Origin: Polyangiales bacterium
GTDB taxonomy: Bacteria > Myxococcota_A > Polyangia > Polyangiales > Polyangiaceae
Assembly: GCA_038230375.1 (NCBI GenBank)
Contig: JBBRNJ010000009.1
Location: 64,001 to 128,000 of the forward strand
Direction: 5' to 3'
DNA length: 64,000 bases
Below the pieces are notes generated by a model. The model worked only from the letters and a program-made list of their open reading frames with translations. It was not told where the DNA came from and did no database searches. Both the position numbers and the translations under genes were made by a program. Shown here piece by piece: positions 9,942 through 18,881 of this stretch (the first letter of the stretch is position 1; each line of letters starts with the position of its first letter).

Positions 9942-10268
9942 TCAGAACAGGGTCTTGAGCTCGGCCTTCTCGGCCTTCTTCTGCTCGAGGATGTGATTGA
10001 TGGCGCGAAGGATGCGCTGCTTGGTCGGGCCGCTGATGGGCGCCTTGCCGCTCAGCGCCGCGGCGAATGCGCGCGGGGTGACGGGGCGACCAGAGCGCGG
10101 CTTCGCGACTTCCTTCTTCTCGGCGCCTTCCTTCTTGCCGTCCCTGCGGGCGAGCTTGGCGCGACGGTCGTCGACCTTGAGCGTCTCGAGCTTGTGCGAA
10201 GCGGCAAGGATGCGCGCTGCGCTGAGCTTCTTGGTGGCGATGAACTGGGCAAGCTTCGTGTCGGCCAT
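9942..10268 (-). CDS. Small Lys/Arg-rich protein, possibly nucleic-acid binding
   Basis: 108 aa, strongly basic, codon usage typical of a real gene. Confidence 0.65.
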   Translation of the reverse strand: MADTKLAQFIATKKLSAARILAASHKLETLKVDDRRAKLARRDGKKEGAEKKEVAKPRSGRPVTPRAFAAALSGKAPISGPTKQRILRAINHILEQKKAEKAELKTLF

Positions 10269-10362
10269 GGCGATTTTGATCCTGAAAAAGGGATGCGTTA
10301 CCTAATCCAGGCAGCGACAGGGCGCAAGCAGCCCGTCACTTGAAGGTCCCAGGCTCAGGTCT

Positions 10363-11430
10363 TCACTTGAAGACCATGCCGACGTTCAGGGAGATCGGGA
10401 CGACGTACCTCTTGTCGCCGCCGTCCGAGAGGGCGAAGAGCGGGGCGTCGGCGCGAAGGCCCGCGATCATGGAGACGCGGTGCGTACGAAACGCCTCGAT
10501 TCCAGCCTCGCCGTAGAGGCTCATGCCGCTGCCGCCACCGTTGTACGAGCCGCCACTGTACTGGCCGTAGCTACCTCCGGAGCTCGTGGTCGCGTTGTAC
10601 GCGGAGAAACCCGTCCCGCCGCCGACGTAGGGCGCCACGTCTCCATCGGTGATGAAGTAGCGCGCGCCAACGCCAAGGTTGAAATACGTGAAGTTCGCGC
10701 CGTCGCCCGAGCCGCCGCCTGCGAGGCGACCGTGCGCAGAGATGGCGAAGCGATCGGCCTCGTACACGATGCCCAGCTCCGCGCCTGCGCCGACGCCCGT
10801 GGGAATGCCCGCCGGCGTGACGCCGATGATGCCGCCAGCGAACCCGGGCCGCCCCTGCTTCTGCAACGGCGTGCGCGCCTCCTGGCTGAGGACGTTGGTG
10901 ACGTTCTGCGTCTCCTCGAGCGGCTTGTTCGAGACCATCGCATCCACGATCCGCTGCGAGGCGATCGGGGCCTCTTCGACGCCGGAGATGAGCGTGTGGC
11001 GCTCTTCGATGCCGGCCTCGGTGCGGCGCTCCAGGACCATGAGCACACGCGAGCCGAGCTTGCCCATGCGGACCTCGTAGTTGCCGGACGGCGCGCGATG
11101 CGACGCCAGGTCGTGCGCGACGATCTCGCGGATCGTCTCCGCGTCCGGCCCCTCGATGCCGGAGTGATCGCCAAGCGCCACGATGATCGTCGACGCACCA
11201 TCCGCGCCAGTGCTCACGACCGTGACGGCGCGACCAGCGGGAGCCGCGGGCTGTGCGGCGGCAGGCTGCGCGGCGGGCGCGGGCAGTTGCGCCTGCACCG
11301 GCCCCTGCGCGTGGGCAGACGACGCGGCAAGGAGAACCGCAGCGGCCGCGCCAAGCGCGAGGGGGAGTGCGAGACGCGTCAGACGGGGGATGGACGTGTG
11401 GCGTGAGGCGAGCGAAGAGATGCGAGCCAT
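10363..11430 (-). CDS. Secreted protein with C-terminal outer-membrane beta-barrel-like domain
   Basis: Signal peptide ending SAHA, alternating beta strands (NLGVGARYF, PYVGGG), near-terminal Phe; RBS-like GGGAG upstream. Confidence 0.7.
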   Translation of the reverse strand: MARISSLASRHTSIPRLTRLALPLALGAAAAVLLAASSAHAQGPVQAQLPAPAAQPAAAQPAAPAGRAVTVVSTGADGASTIIVALGDHSGIEGPDAETIREIVAHDLASHRAPSGNYEVRMGKLGSRVLMVLERRTEAGIEERHTLISGVEEAPIASQRIVDAMVSNKPLEETQNVTNVLSQEARTPLQKQGRPGFAGGIIGVTPAGIPTGVGAGAELGIVYEADRFAISAHGRLAGGGSGDGANFTYFNLGVGARYFITDGDVAPYVGGGTGFSAYNATTSSGGSYGQYSGGSYNGGGSGMSLYGEAGIEAFRTHRVSMIAGLRADAPLFALSDGGDKRYVVPISLNVGMVFK

Positions 11431-11523
11431 GGTGAAACTCCCTTTTGGTGGGGCTTGGTGGTGTGGTGATGAGGCACGCGCCCGGGCAGCGGGGTGCGTC
11501 GCGGCGTGCGTGCAGAGACATAG

Positions 11524-11539
11524 AGCAGGCCCCGTGCCA
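11524..11539 (-). promoter_or_regulatory. Sigma54-type (-24/-12) promoter
   Basis: Minus strand reads TGGCACGGGGCCTGCT (GG-N10-GC), about 95 nt upstream of the beta-barrel gene. Confidence 0.65.
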
Positions 11540-11665
11540 CACGGGAAAAACCAGGCGATCCGCATTTGGCCATCCTGGCCCGTGAACGCCAGTATGCGGT
11601 TGCACAATACGCCGTGACTCACGCGCCACAGGTGGAGTCATGGAAGGACAGCGGGAAAGGCGAAG

Positions 11666-11803
11666 GTCGAGGTCGACGTCGAGGTCGAGGTCGAGGTCGA
11701 AGTCGAGGTCGAAGTCGAAGTCGAAGTCGAGGTCGAAGTCGAGGTCGAAGTCGAGGTCGACGTCGAGGTCGACGTCGAAGTCGAGGTCGAAGTCGAAGTC
11801 GAA
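11666..11803. repeat. Intergenic hexamer microsatellite, about 23 x GTCGA(G/A/C)
   Basis: Read directly. Confidence 0.95.
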
Positions 11804-11812
11804 AGCGAAGTC

Positions 11813-12358
11813 CTAGTCTCCCGCGTCTGCGTCGCTCGTGGCGTCGACGCCCGCGTCGCTGCCGCCTTCGCCCGTGCCTGCTTCGATCACGCACGTGTCG
11901 TCCACGAGCTGCCACTTCTGCGCGACGCAGCTCGCGCGCACTGCGCTCGCGTCCGTCGCGCATGCCTGCTGATAGAGGCACGAGGCGTCGGCGGAGAAGC
12001 ACACGGGACACGTGCTCCCCGACGACGGCACACCTTCGGGACAGCCAGAGGACACTGGCGTCACGGCCGTCGGACGCCACACTCCACCCGTGCATACTGC
12101 ATAGATCCCATCGCACACGCCGAACGCGCACGTGGTGCCCTCGGGTGCCGTACACACCGTGCCCGGGACCGGTGCCGTCTTCGGGCAGGTCGAAAGCCGC
12201 GTGCCGCCGTCGAGGTCGTCGCCACCATCACCCGTGAGCACGGGCTCCGTGGGGGCGGACGAGCTGCACGCCTCGACGGCCGCCGCGATCGCCAGCGCGG
12301 CACAAAACAAGCCGAACAGGCGCCTATGACGCAGTGCGTGCAAGTGGGGCTCGAACAT
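11813..12358 (-). CDS. Cys-rich lipoprotein
   Basis: Lipobox-like VEAC; repeated CP...C...C modules; DGG/DAG acidic linkers typical of myxobacterial secreted proteins. Confidence 0.7.
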   Translation of the reverse strand: MFEPHLHALRHRRLFGLFCAALAIAAAVEACSSSAPTEPVLTGDGGDDLDGGTRLSTCPKTAPVPGTVCTAPEGTTCAFGVCDGIYAVCTGGVWRPTAVTPVSSGCPEGVPSSGSTCPVCFSADASCLYQQACATDASAVRASCVAQKWQLVDDTCVIEAGTGEGGSDAGVDATSDADAGD

Positions 12359-12400
12359 TTTCACTCCCGCGACTATATATCCGCGAAAGAGGTTTCGAAC

Positions 12401-13585
12401 ATGGCACTTCCCCCCGTCTACATCGTCTCGGCTGCCCGTACCCCCATCGGCGCGTTCCAGGGCGCGCTCTCCAGCCTGAAGGCGCCCGAGCTCGGCGCCA
12501 CGGCGATCAAGGGCGCGCTCGCCCGTGCCAAGGTTGCCGCGGCGGATGTCGGCGAGGTGTTCATGGGCAACGTGCTCTCCGCAGGCATCGGCCAGGCGCC
12601 TGCGCGTCAGGCGGCGATCTTCGCGGGCATCCCGAACACGGTCCCCGCCACCACGGTGGGCAAGGTCTGCGGCTCGGGCCTGCAGGCCATCCTGCTCGCG
12701 GCGAAGAGCATCGGCATGGGCGATCAGGAGATCGTCATCGCGGGCGGCATGGAGTCGATGTCGAACGTGCCGTACTACCTGCAGGGCGCGCGCTCGGGCT
12801 ACCGCATGGGCAACCAGACCGCGGTCGACGGGATGATCTTCGACGGCCTCTGGGACCCGTACAAGAACGTCCACATGGGCAACTGCGGCGACAAGTGCGC
12901 TGCAGAATACAAGTACTCGCGAGAGGCCCAGGACGAGTTCGCGAAGGAGAGCTTCCGCAAGGCGCTGTCCGCGCAGAAGGAAGGCCAGTTCGCGGCCGAG
13001 ATCGAGCCCGTGAGCGTGCCGCAGCGCAAGGGCGACGCGCTCCTCATCAAGGACGACGAGGGGCCGAGCAAGGGCGACCCGTCGAAGTTTGCGTCGCTGA
13101 AGCCGGCGTTCGCGAAGGACGGAACCATCACCGCGGCGAACGCTTCGTCGATCAACGACGGCGCAAGCGCGCTCGTCCTTGCAAGCGAGGCCGCCGTGAA
13201 GAAGCATGGTCTCCAGCCGCTCGCGAAGATCGTCGGCTACTCCAGCGTCGCGCAGGATCCGGAGTGGTTCACCACCGCGCCGGCAAAGGCCATGGAGCAG
13301 CTCGCCACGAAGACGGGCGTCGCGCTCGCGGACGTGGACCTCTTCGAGATCAACGAGGCATTCGCGGTGGTCGCCATGGTCTCCGCCGACCTCACGAAGA
13401 TCGATCGTCAGAAGGTGAACGTGCGTGGCGGCGCTGTTGCGCTGGGCCACCCCATCGGCGCCAGCGGCGCGCGCATCGTCACCACGCTGCTCCACACGCT
13501 GAAGGATCAGAACAAGAAGCGTGGCATCGCGTCCATCTGCATCGGCGGCGGCGAAGGCCTTGCGATCCTGGTCGAGCGCGTCTGA
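12401..13585 (+). CDS. atoB: Acetyl-CoA C-acetyltransferase (thiolase)
   Basis: [18 protein letters not shown] and CIGGG thiolase motifs. Confidence 0.93.
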   Translation: MALPPVYIVSAARTPIGAFQGALSSLKAPELGATAIKGALARAKVAAADVGEVFMGNVLSAGIGQAPARQAAIFAGIPNTVPATTVGKVCGSGLQAILLAAKSIGMGDQEIVIAGGMESMSNVPYYLQGARSGYRMGNQTAVDGMIFDGLWDPYKNVHMGNCGDKCAAEYKYSREAQDEFAKESFRKALSAQKEGQFAAEIEPVSVPQRKGDALLIKDDEGPSKGDPSKFASLKPAFAKDGTITAANASSINDGASALVLASEAAVKKHGLQPLAKIVGYSSVAQDPEWFTTAPAKAMEQLATKTGVALADVDLFEINEAFAVVAMVSADLTKIDRQKVNVRGGAVALGHPIGASGARIVTTLLHTLKDQNKKRGIASICIGGGEGLAILVERV

Positions 13586-13644
13586 AGCGCGTTTGAGCTG
13601 AGACGGCGAGTCGACAGGAAGGGCGGAAGGGTGGAAGGTTTGGG

Positions 13645-14499
13645 ATGATGCGGCCTCGCGAGATTTCGCGCACCGTCGCGCTCTTTCCGGCCGAGACGCC
13701 CACGCTTCCGCCTGCGACGCACACGAACAGCTACGCGCTCGGTAGCCGCGAGGTGTTGCTCGTGGAGCCTGCGACGCCTTACGAGGGCGAGCGTCGCGCG
13801 TTCGTGGAGTGGGCACAGGGACTTCGCGCGCAAGGGCGCGTGCTCAAGGGGATCCTCGCCACGCACCATCACCCTGATCACATCGGCGGCGCGAAGTTCC
13901 TCTCCGAGGCGCTCGCGCTTCCCTTGTGGGCAAGCGACGAGACCGCGCAGCGCCTGGACGCGGACGTGGCCGTGCGCCTGCGCGAAGGCGAGGAGCTCGT
14001 GCTGTATGGGCCCACGCCCACGTCATGGCGCGTGCTCATAACGCCAGGGCACGCGCCCGGTCACGTGTGCCTCCTGGAAGAGAAGAGCGGCACGGTGGTC
14101 GTGGGCGACATGGTCGCGAGCGTGGGCACCATCCTCATTGCGCGCGGCGACGGCGACATGCGCGTGTACCTTGAACAGCTCGCGCGGCTCCGCGATCTGG
14201 GCGCGCGGCTTGCGCTGCCCGCGCACGGAGAGCCCATCGACGAACCCGCAAAACTATTTGCACACTACATTGATCATCGCCTGAAGCGGGAGCGCAAGGT
14301 GCTCACGGCGCTCGAGAAGCTCGGTGGCACGAGCACGCTGGCCACGCTCCTGCCAGAGGTCTACGACGACGTGTCCATCGCGATCTTCCCCATCGCCATG
14401 CTCTCGCTGGAGACGCACGTGGACAAGCTGGTTGCGGATGGGCGGGTGGTTCAAAAGAACGGCGCCTACGCGCTCGTCAACGACGCGGCGCGCGCATAG
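13645..14499 (+). CDS. MBL-fold metallo-hydrolase (LACTB2-like)
   Basis: THHHPDH, TPGHAPGH, GD and PAHG motifs. Confidence 0.88.
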   Translation: MMRPREISRTVALFPAETPTLPPATHTNSYALGSREVLLVEPATPYEGERRAFVEWAQGLRAQGRVLKGILATHHHPDHIGGAKFLSEALALPLWASDETAQRLDADVAVRLREGEELVLYGPTPTSWRVLITPGHAPGHVCLLEEKSGTVVVGDMVASVGTILIARGDGDMRVYLEQLARLRDLGARLALPAHGEPIDEPAKLFAHYIDHRLKRERKVLTALEKLGGTSTLATLLPEVYDDVSIAIFPIAMLSLETHVDKLVADGRVVQKNGAYALVNDAARA

Positions 14500-14508
14500 G
14501 ATCACCGG

Positions 14509-14718
14509 GTGAGCTGGCAGCGTTCATACGTCGCGATGTCCGCCCTCCTGGGCGCAGAGGATCCGTCCGAGGGTCTCGCCGAAGAGGCGCGGCCACTGGC
14601 GGAGCCGCTGGTCTCCGCGCTGCGAAGCCCCGAGCGAGCCGCACGTGCGAAGGCCCTCGCGGCGGAGCTTGCGCGGCTGGCGCATGCGCTGGAAGAGCTG
14701 GAGCTGGGCGCCCCGTGA
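14509..14718 (+). CDS. Small hypothetical helical protein
   Basis: Fills the operon gap; stop overlaps the next start (GTGA). Confidence 0.5.
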   Translation: MSWQRSYVAMSALLGAEDPSEGLAEEARPLAEPLVSALRSPERAARAKALAAELARLAHALEELELGAP

Positions 14719-15380
14719 TCACCCGCGCGCGCGTCATCAAGGGAGCCTTCCCGAAGGAGCATGTGGACGCGGACGCGCCCACGTCGCTCGACCTGGGCAA
14801 TCGCGGAGCGCCACGGCGCTTGCCCGGGGCGGTGGTGGATGCGCATGCAGAGGCCGCGCGCATCATCGCGAACGCGCGCACACGTGCAGAGGCGGAGCTC
14901 GCGGAGGGCCAGCGGAAGGTCGCGCGCGTCGCGGAGGACGCCGTGAAGGACGCGCGTGAGAAGGAGGTCGCCAAGCTCGCAGCGGCGTTCATCGCGCTGC
15001 GCGCGGAGGAGGCCGCGCGGGCCGAGCGCGATCTCACGCAGACCACGCAGCTCGCGCGCATGCTGGCGGAGCGCTTGCTCGGCGCGGAGCTCACGCTCGC
15101 ACCCGAACGCATCGTGGACCTTGCGGCTGCGGCGCTGCGTGAGGCGCGCGGGGCACGGCGTGCAAAGATCCGCGCCCACGAGGCCGACGCCCCACTGCTC
15201 ACCGCGCGCCTGCGGGACCTGGGCATGAAGGATGGCGCGGTGGAGATCATCGCGGACGACACGCTGCCTCGTGGCTCGCTCTTGCTGGACACGGATCTGG
15301 GAGTGATGGACGCGCGCATCGCGCCGCAGCTCGACAGGCTCACGGAGGCACTCGCGGATGTCCTACGCGCGCGAGCCTGA
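14715..15380 (+). CDS. FliH/SctL-family protein
   Basis: AxxxA coiled coil; C-terminal IIADDTLPRGSLLLDTDLGVMDARIAPQLDRL resembles FliH/SctL. Confidence 0.75.
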   Translation: MITRARVIKGAFPKEHVDADAPTSLDLGNRGAPRRLPGAVVDAHAEAARIIANARTRAEAELAEGQRKVARVAEDAVKDAREKEVAKLAAAFIALRAEEAARAERDLTQTTQLARMLAERLLGAELTLAPERIVDLAAAALREARGARRAKIRAHEADAPLLTARLRDLGMKDGAVEIIADDTLPRGSLLLDTDLGVMDARIAPQLDRLTEALADVLRARA

Positions 15381-16554
15381 CGCCGTTCCTGGTGATCCCG
15401 GCGAGATCCCGGCGCCGCAGCCGTGGCGGCGAAACCTTGTGCTCTTCCTGCTCACCGTGATGAGCGTGCTCGCAACCTCAACGCTGGGCGACGAGTCCGT
15501 GAACGCTGGCGAGGGCGCGACCTTCACGGAGGCGTTGCGTGCCGCGTTTGCTACCCGCGCGGCGCTGGTGCACGGCGCGGAGTTCACCGCATCGCTGCTT
15601 GCGATCCTGCTCGCGCACGAGTTCGGTCACTACATCGCGGCGCGCATCCACAAGGTGGACACGTCGCTGCCGTTCTTCATCCCGCTGCCGTTCCTGTCAC
15701 CGTTCGGCACCATGGGCGCGGTCATCAGGATGCGCGGCCAGATCCCCACGCGGCGCGCGCTGCTCGACATCGGCGCCTCGGGCCCGCTCGCCGGGCTGTG
15801 CCTTGCGATCCCCATCTACTACTACGGCGCGTGCCACTCGAAGATCATCCCGATGTCCACGGGGGGCGGCGTGGAGCTCGGGGACTCGCTCTTGCTCACG
15901 CTGCTCGATCGCCTGGCCGTGCCAGACCTGCCGGCGGGGCACACGCTCCTGCTGTCGCCGTTCGCGTTCGCGGCATGGGCGGGCATGTTCGTCACCATGA
16001 TCAACCTGCTGCCCGTGGGCCAGCTGGACGGCGGGCACGTCGCGTACGCGCTGTTCGGCAAGCGTCAGGACGGCTTCGCGCGCAACATCCACCGCGTCGT
16101 GTTCGTGTTCTTCTGTGGCGCCGTGCTCGTGAAGACGGTGCTGTCGCTGCGCTCCGGTGACGGATGGGGTGTGCTGGGCGCGCGCGTGGAGGGCTCGCTG
16201 TTCTGGCTCACGTGGTTCCAGATGCTGGCGATCCTCGGAACGCTGTCGCGCAAGGACCGGCGAGCAGCTGTGCTTTCACCCACGGTGCGCATCGCGGTCA
16301 CCGCAGCGCTCGTGATGCTGCCGGGCTACGCGAAGGTGGGTGGCACGAAGTCCATCGCGGCATGGGCCGGCTTCGCGATCGCGCTGGGCGTGATGATCTT
16401 CCTGGAGCGGACGCGCGGCGTGTTCCGCCCCCATACCCTCTTCGATCACCCAGAGGTCAGCGACGAGAAGCTCGACAGTGTGCGCTCGGTGATCGCCATC
16501 ATCACGCTTCTGCTGTTCGCGGCGCTGTTCATGCCCACGCCGTTCTCGATGTGA
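15358..16554 (+). CDS. Site-2 protease (M50)
   Basis: HEFGH, GPLAG and NLLPVGQLDGGH motifs; multiple TMs. Confidence 0.92.
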   Translation: MSYAREPDAVPGDPGEIPAPQPWRRNLVLFLLTVMSVLATSTLGDESVNAGEGATFTEALRAAFATRAALVHGAEFTASLLAILLAHEFGHYIAARIHKVDTSLPFFIPLPFLSPFGTMGAVIRMRGQIPTRRALLDIGASGPLAGLCLAIPIYYYGACHSKIIPMSTGGGVELGDSLLLTLLDRLAVPDLPAGHTLLLSPFAFAAWAGMFVTMINLLPVGQLDGGHVAYALFGKRQDGFARNIHRVVFVFFCGAVLVKTVLSLRSGDGWGVLGARVEGSLFWLTWFQMLAILGTLSRKDRRAAVLSPTVRIAVTAALVMLPGYAKVGGTKSIAAWAGFAIALGVMIFLERTRGVFRPHTLFDHPEVSDEKLDSVRSVIAIITLLLFAALFMPTPFSM

Positions 16555-16636
16555 GCGGCGTCAACGAGCTGGCGCCAGTGCGTCGGAGCGTTGCCAATCC
16601 ACCGCCGCGAAGGCCGTGATTTCGCGGGCGAAACGC

Positions 16637-16652
16637 GGGCACGGTTCGTGAA
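16637..16652 (+). promoter_or_regulatory. Possible degenerate sigma54 promoter of module copy 1
   Basis: GGGCACGGTTCGTGAA (GG-N10-GA), about 40 nt upstream of the start. Confidence 0.35.
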
Positions 16653-16691
16653 GGAACGTCCTCGACCGTGAAGTGTCGTGGAGGTTCTTGG

Positions 16692-17780
16692 ATGATCCGG
16701 AAGAACAAAACGCTGACGATCTCTCTCGGGGCGCTCGGCGTCCTTTGCGCCCTGTGCTCTCCCACGAGTGCCCGGGCGCAAGAGTCGCCGTACTGCAAGA
16801 AGGTCCGCGCCAGAGCGTCGGGCGATGCGGCGCTCCTGTTCGCGCCATCAGCGCAGATGCAGGGCGTGAAGTTTCCGAAGAACGGAGCAATCGACACCGC
16901 ATCCGCGGTCGGCAACGCGTACCAGTTCCGCGCGGTGCTCTCGTGGTCTCCGCTCGATCTCTACAAGGGCTTCCGGGTGCAGGATGTCGGCGACGCCGAT
17001 TGTCGGGAGCACGAGGTCATCGTCACGACGGAGGAGGTGCTCCTGCACGGCGCAGACTACGCGCGCCTGCCAGCGCTGCGTGCGCAGCACCAGTTCCTGG
17101 ACGGGAAGCGCCCATTCCTTGCAACGGTGCGAAGCAAGATCGACGAGCGAATGGCTGCGGGCGTGATGACGCTGATGGAGGCCGAGGACACCAGGACGAA
17201 GCTGCGTGAGCTCGACCGAAAAGCGGAGCAGCTGCAGGGCGAGGTCGAGCGTCTGGTGGCGCGTGGCGTGGCGCGCGACGTGCCGCTGCTGTCGTCGCTG
17301 GTCACGGAGGTCTCGGTCCGGGCGCACGAGCACGACCGCGAGACGTCCAGCGTACGCAAGCTGGATCCATGGACGGTGAGCCTCGCGGGCGGCATCGTTC
17401 CGCAGTACGACCCCGTTGATTTCTTCGGCCTGGTCCAGATTGGCTACAACTTCGGCGGCATCTCCCGTGCTTCCAACGAGCAACGCTACATGGACGCGCA
17501 TGCGGAGGAGCTCCGCACTGCACGCTACGAGCTCGGAGGCCGCGTTCAACGCTTCCGCGAGGAGCTCCGTGTCACGCATGCGCAGGCGGAGCGTGAGCTC
17601 GCCGTGATGGAGCGCGATGCGTCGGCGCTCACGTCGGCAAGGAATGTACTGGCAAAATCCGCAGCAACGAATGCGCCGTTCGCGCTCGACGCGCTCGAGC
17701 TCGCGCTCATCGGCATCGAGTCGGAGCGGGTGTACCTGACTTTATTCTCGACGGAGCTGCGCCGTATGGAGGAGAAATGA
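16692..17780 (+). CDS. Secreted TolC/OEP-like coiled-coil protein (module copy 1, gene A)
   Basis: Signal peptide; two beta-hairpin plus long-helix repeats (YQFRAVLSWSPLD; PWTVSLAGG...GLVQIGYNFGG); paralog of 26134-27225; GGAGG RBS. Confidence 0.6.
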   Translation: MIRKNKTLTISLGALGVLCALCSPTSARAQESPYCKKVRARASGDAALLFAPSAQMQGVKFPKNGAIDTASAVGNAYQFRAVLSWSPLDLYKGFRVQDVGDADCREHEVIVTTEEVLLHGADYARLPALRAQHQFLDGKRPFLATVRSKIDERMAAGVMTLMEAEDTRTKLRELDRKAEQLQGEVERLVARGVARDVPLLSSLVTEVSVRAHEHDRETSSVRKLDPWTVSLAGGIVPQYDPVDFFGLVQIGYNFGGISRASNEQRYMDAHAEELRTARYELGGRVQRFREELRVTHAQAERELAVMERDASALTSARNVLAKSAATNAPFALDALELALIGIESERVYLTLFSTELRRMEEK

Positions 17781-18880
17781 AACCGCCGGCAACTCCGACT
17801 CGGAGCGCAACTCTTCGCGCCCGACTCTTCGCCTTCGGGGCCCTTGGGGCCCTGGTCTCGGCGATCGCATACGCAGGGCACACCACCTACGAGGTCGCGA
17901 CGGACTCCTTCGTGGCGCCGATCATCCTCACGCCGGGCAACGAGCTGGTGGTCCAGAGCAAGGTCAAGCTGGGCGAGCTCTCGGTGGAACACGCGCGCAC
18001 GCGGGCGGAGGCCGAGGGTATCGATGCCGACATCGCGGCGGACGAGAAGGCCGTCACGCGGCTCACGTACCTGCGCGCCACGGCGGAGAAGGGGCTCGCG
18101 TGGACCAGCGGCGTCACCGGCAGGCAGTTCGACACCGGTGGGCAGGATCTCCGGACGCTCGCAAACCAGAACACGCTCCTCCTGGAGATGGTCAAGAAGC
18201 AAGCGGACCTGGTGCGGGAGACGAAGGCGAACACGGACGCGGGGCTCATCCCGCGCGCGGACTACTCGCACGAGCTCCAGGCGCTCTCGCAGATGCAGCT
18301 CTCTTTGCTGGAAAACCAGCGTCAACGCACGCAGGTAGAGGCCATCACGCGTGAGGCCGCACTGCAGAGAATGTCACTCGCCAGCGCTAGCGGTGCGCCG
18401 CGGATGCCGGAGGCGTTGATGCGTGAGGACCAGCTGGTCCGCATCGATCTCGAGCTACTTCATGCAGAGGCCGACCTACGCCTGAAGCGGGCCGAGCAGC
18501 GCATCGAGCACGACAAGCTCGACAAGATCGAAGACCTCGAGAAGCAGCTGGAGGCGCGTCCGCTCTTCCGCGCAATCGACAAGCGGCTGGACGTGGCGTT
18601 CGTTCCCTACACACAGATCGACGGCGTCCACACAGGCGCCATCGTCTACGACTGCACCTGGGGCGTGTTCCACTGCAAGTCCGTGGGCCGCGTCGCCGAG
18701 GTGGTCCCGGGCGAGGTTGTTCTGCCGGATCCGTGGGGAAATCAAGCCCGCGGTCAGTTCGCAGTGCTCGACCTCACGAATCGTGAGTCGGCCCGCGCGA
18801 AGACGCTTCGCGTCCGCAGCACCTCGGGTGCCGTGGGCGGCGCGCCCGCTGCGACGCCGCAAGTCGTCTCGGTGCGCTGA
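17777..18880 (+). CDS. HlyD/membrane-fusion-like protein (copy 1, gene B)
   Basis: N-terminal TM, long coiled coil, C-terminal beta domain VAFVPYTQIDGV...CTWGVFHC...PGEVVLPDPWG; paralog of 27222-28343. Confidence 0.65.
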   Translation: MKPPATPTRSATLRARLFAFGALGALVSAIAYAGHTTYEVATDSFVAPIILTPGNELVVQSKVKLGELSVEHARTRAEAEGIDADIAADEKAVTRLTYLRATAEKGLAWTSGVTGRQFDTGGQDLRTLANQNTLLLEMVKKQADLVRETKANTDAGLIPRADYSHELQALSQMQLSLLENQRQRTQVEAITREAALQRMSLASASGAPRMPEALMREDQLVRIDLELLHAEADLRLKRAEQRIEHDKLDKIEDLEKQLEARPLFRAIDKRLDVAFVPYTQIDGVHTGAIVYDCTWGVFHCKSVGRVAEVVPGEVVLPDPWGNQARGQFAVLDLTNRESARAKTLRVRSTSGAVGGAPAATPQVVSVR

Positions 18881-18881
18881 C

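Noticed and set aside
11666..11803. Possible CRISPR array
   Set aside because: Uninterrupted 6-bp units, no unique spacers, no cas genes in the window.
11619..12237. ORFs with long RG/RS/RP dipeptide runs (11566-12237 +, 11619-12155 -)
   Set aside because: They are translations of the hexamer microsatellite and overlap the real Cys-rich lipoprotein gene.
12359..13816. N-terminal extension of the 667-aa minus-strand ORF
   Set aside because: Antisense shadow of the thiolase; the real gene starts near 12358 with a signal peptide.
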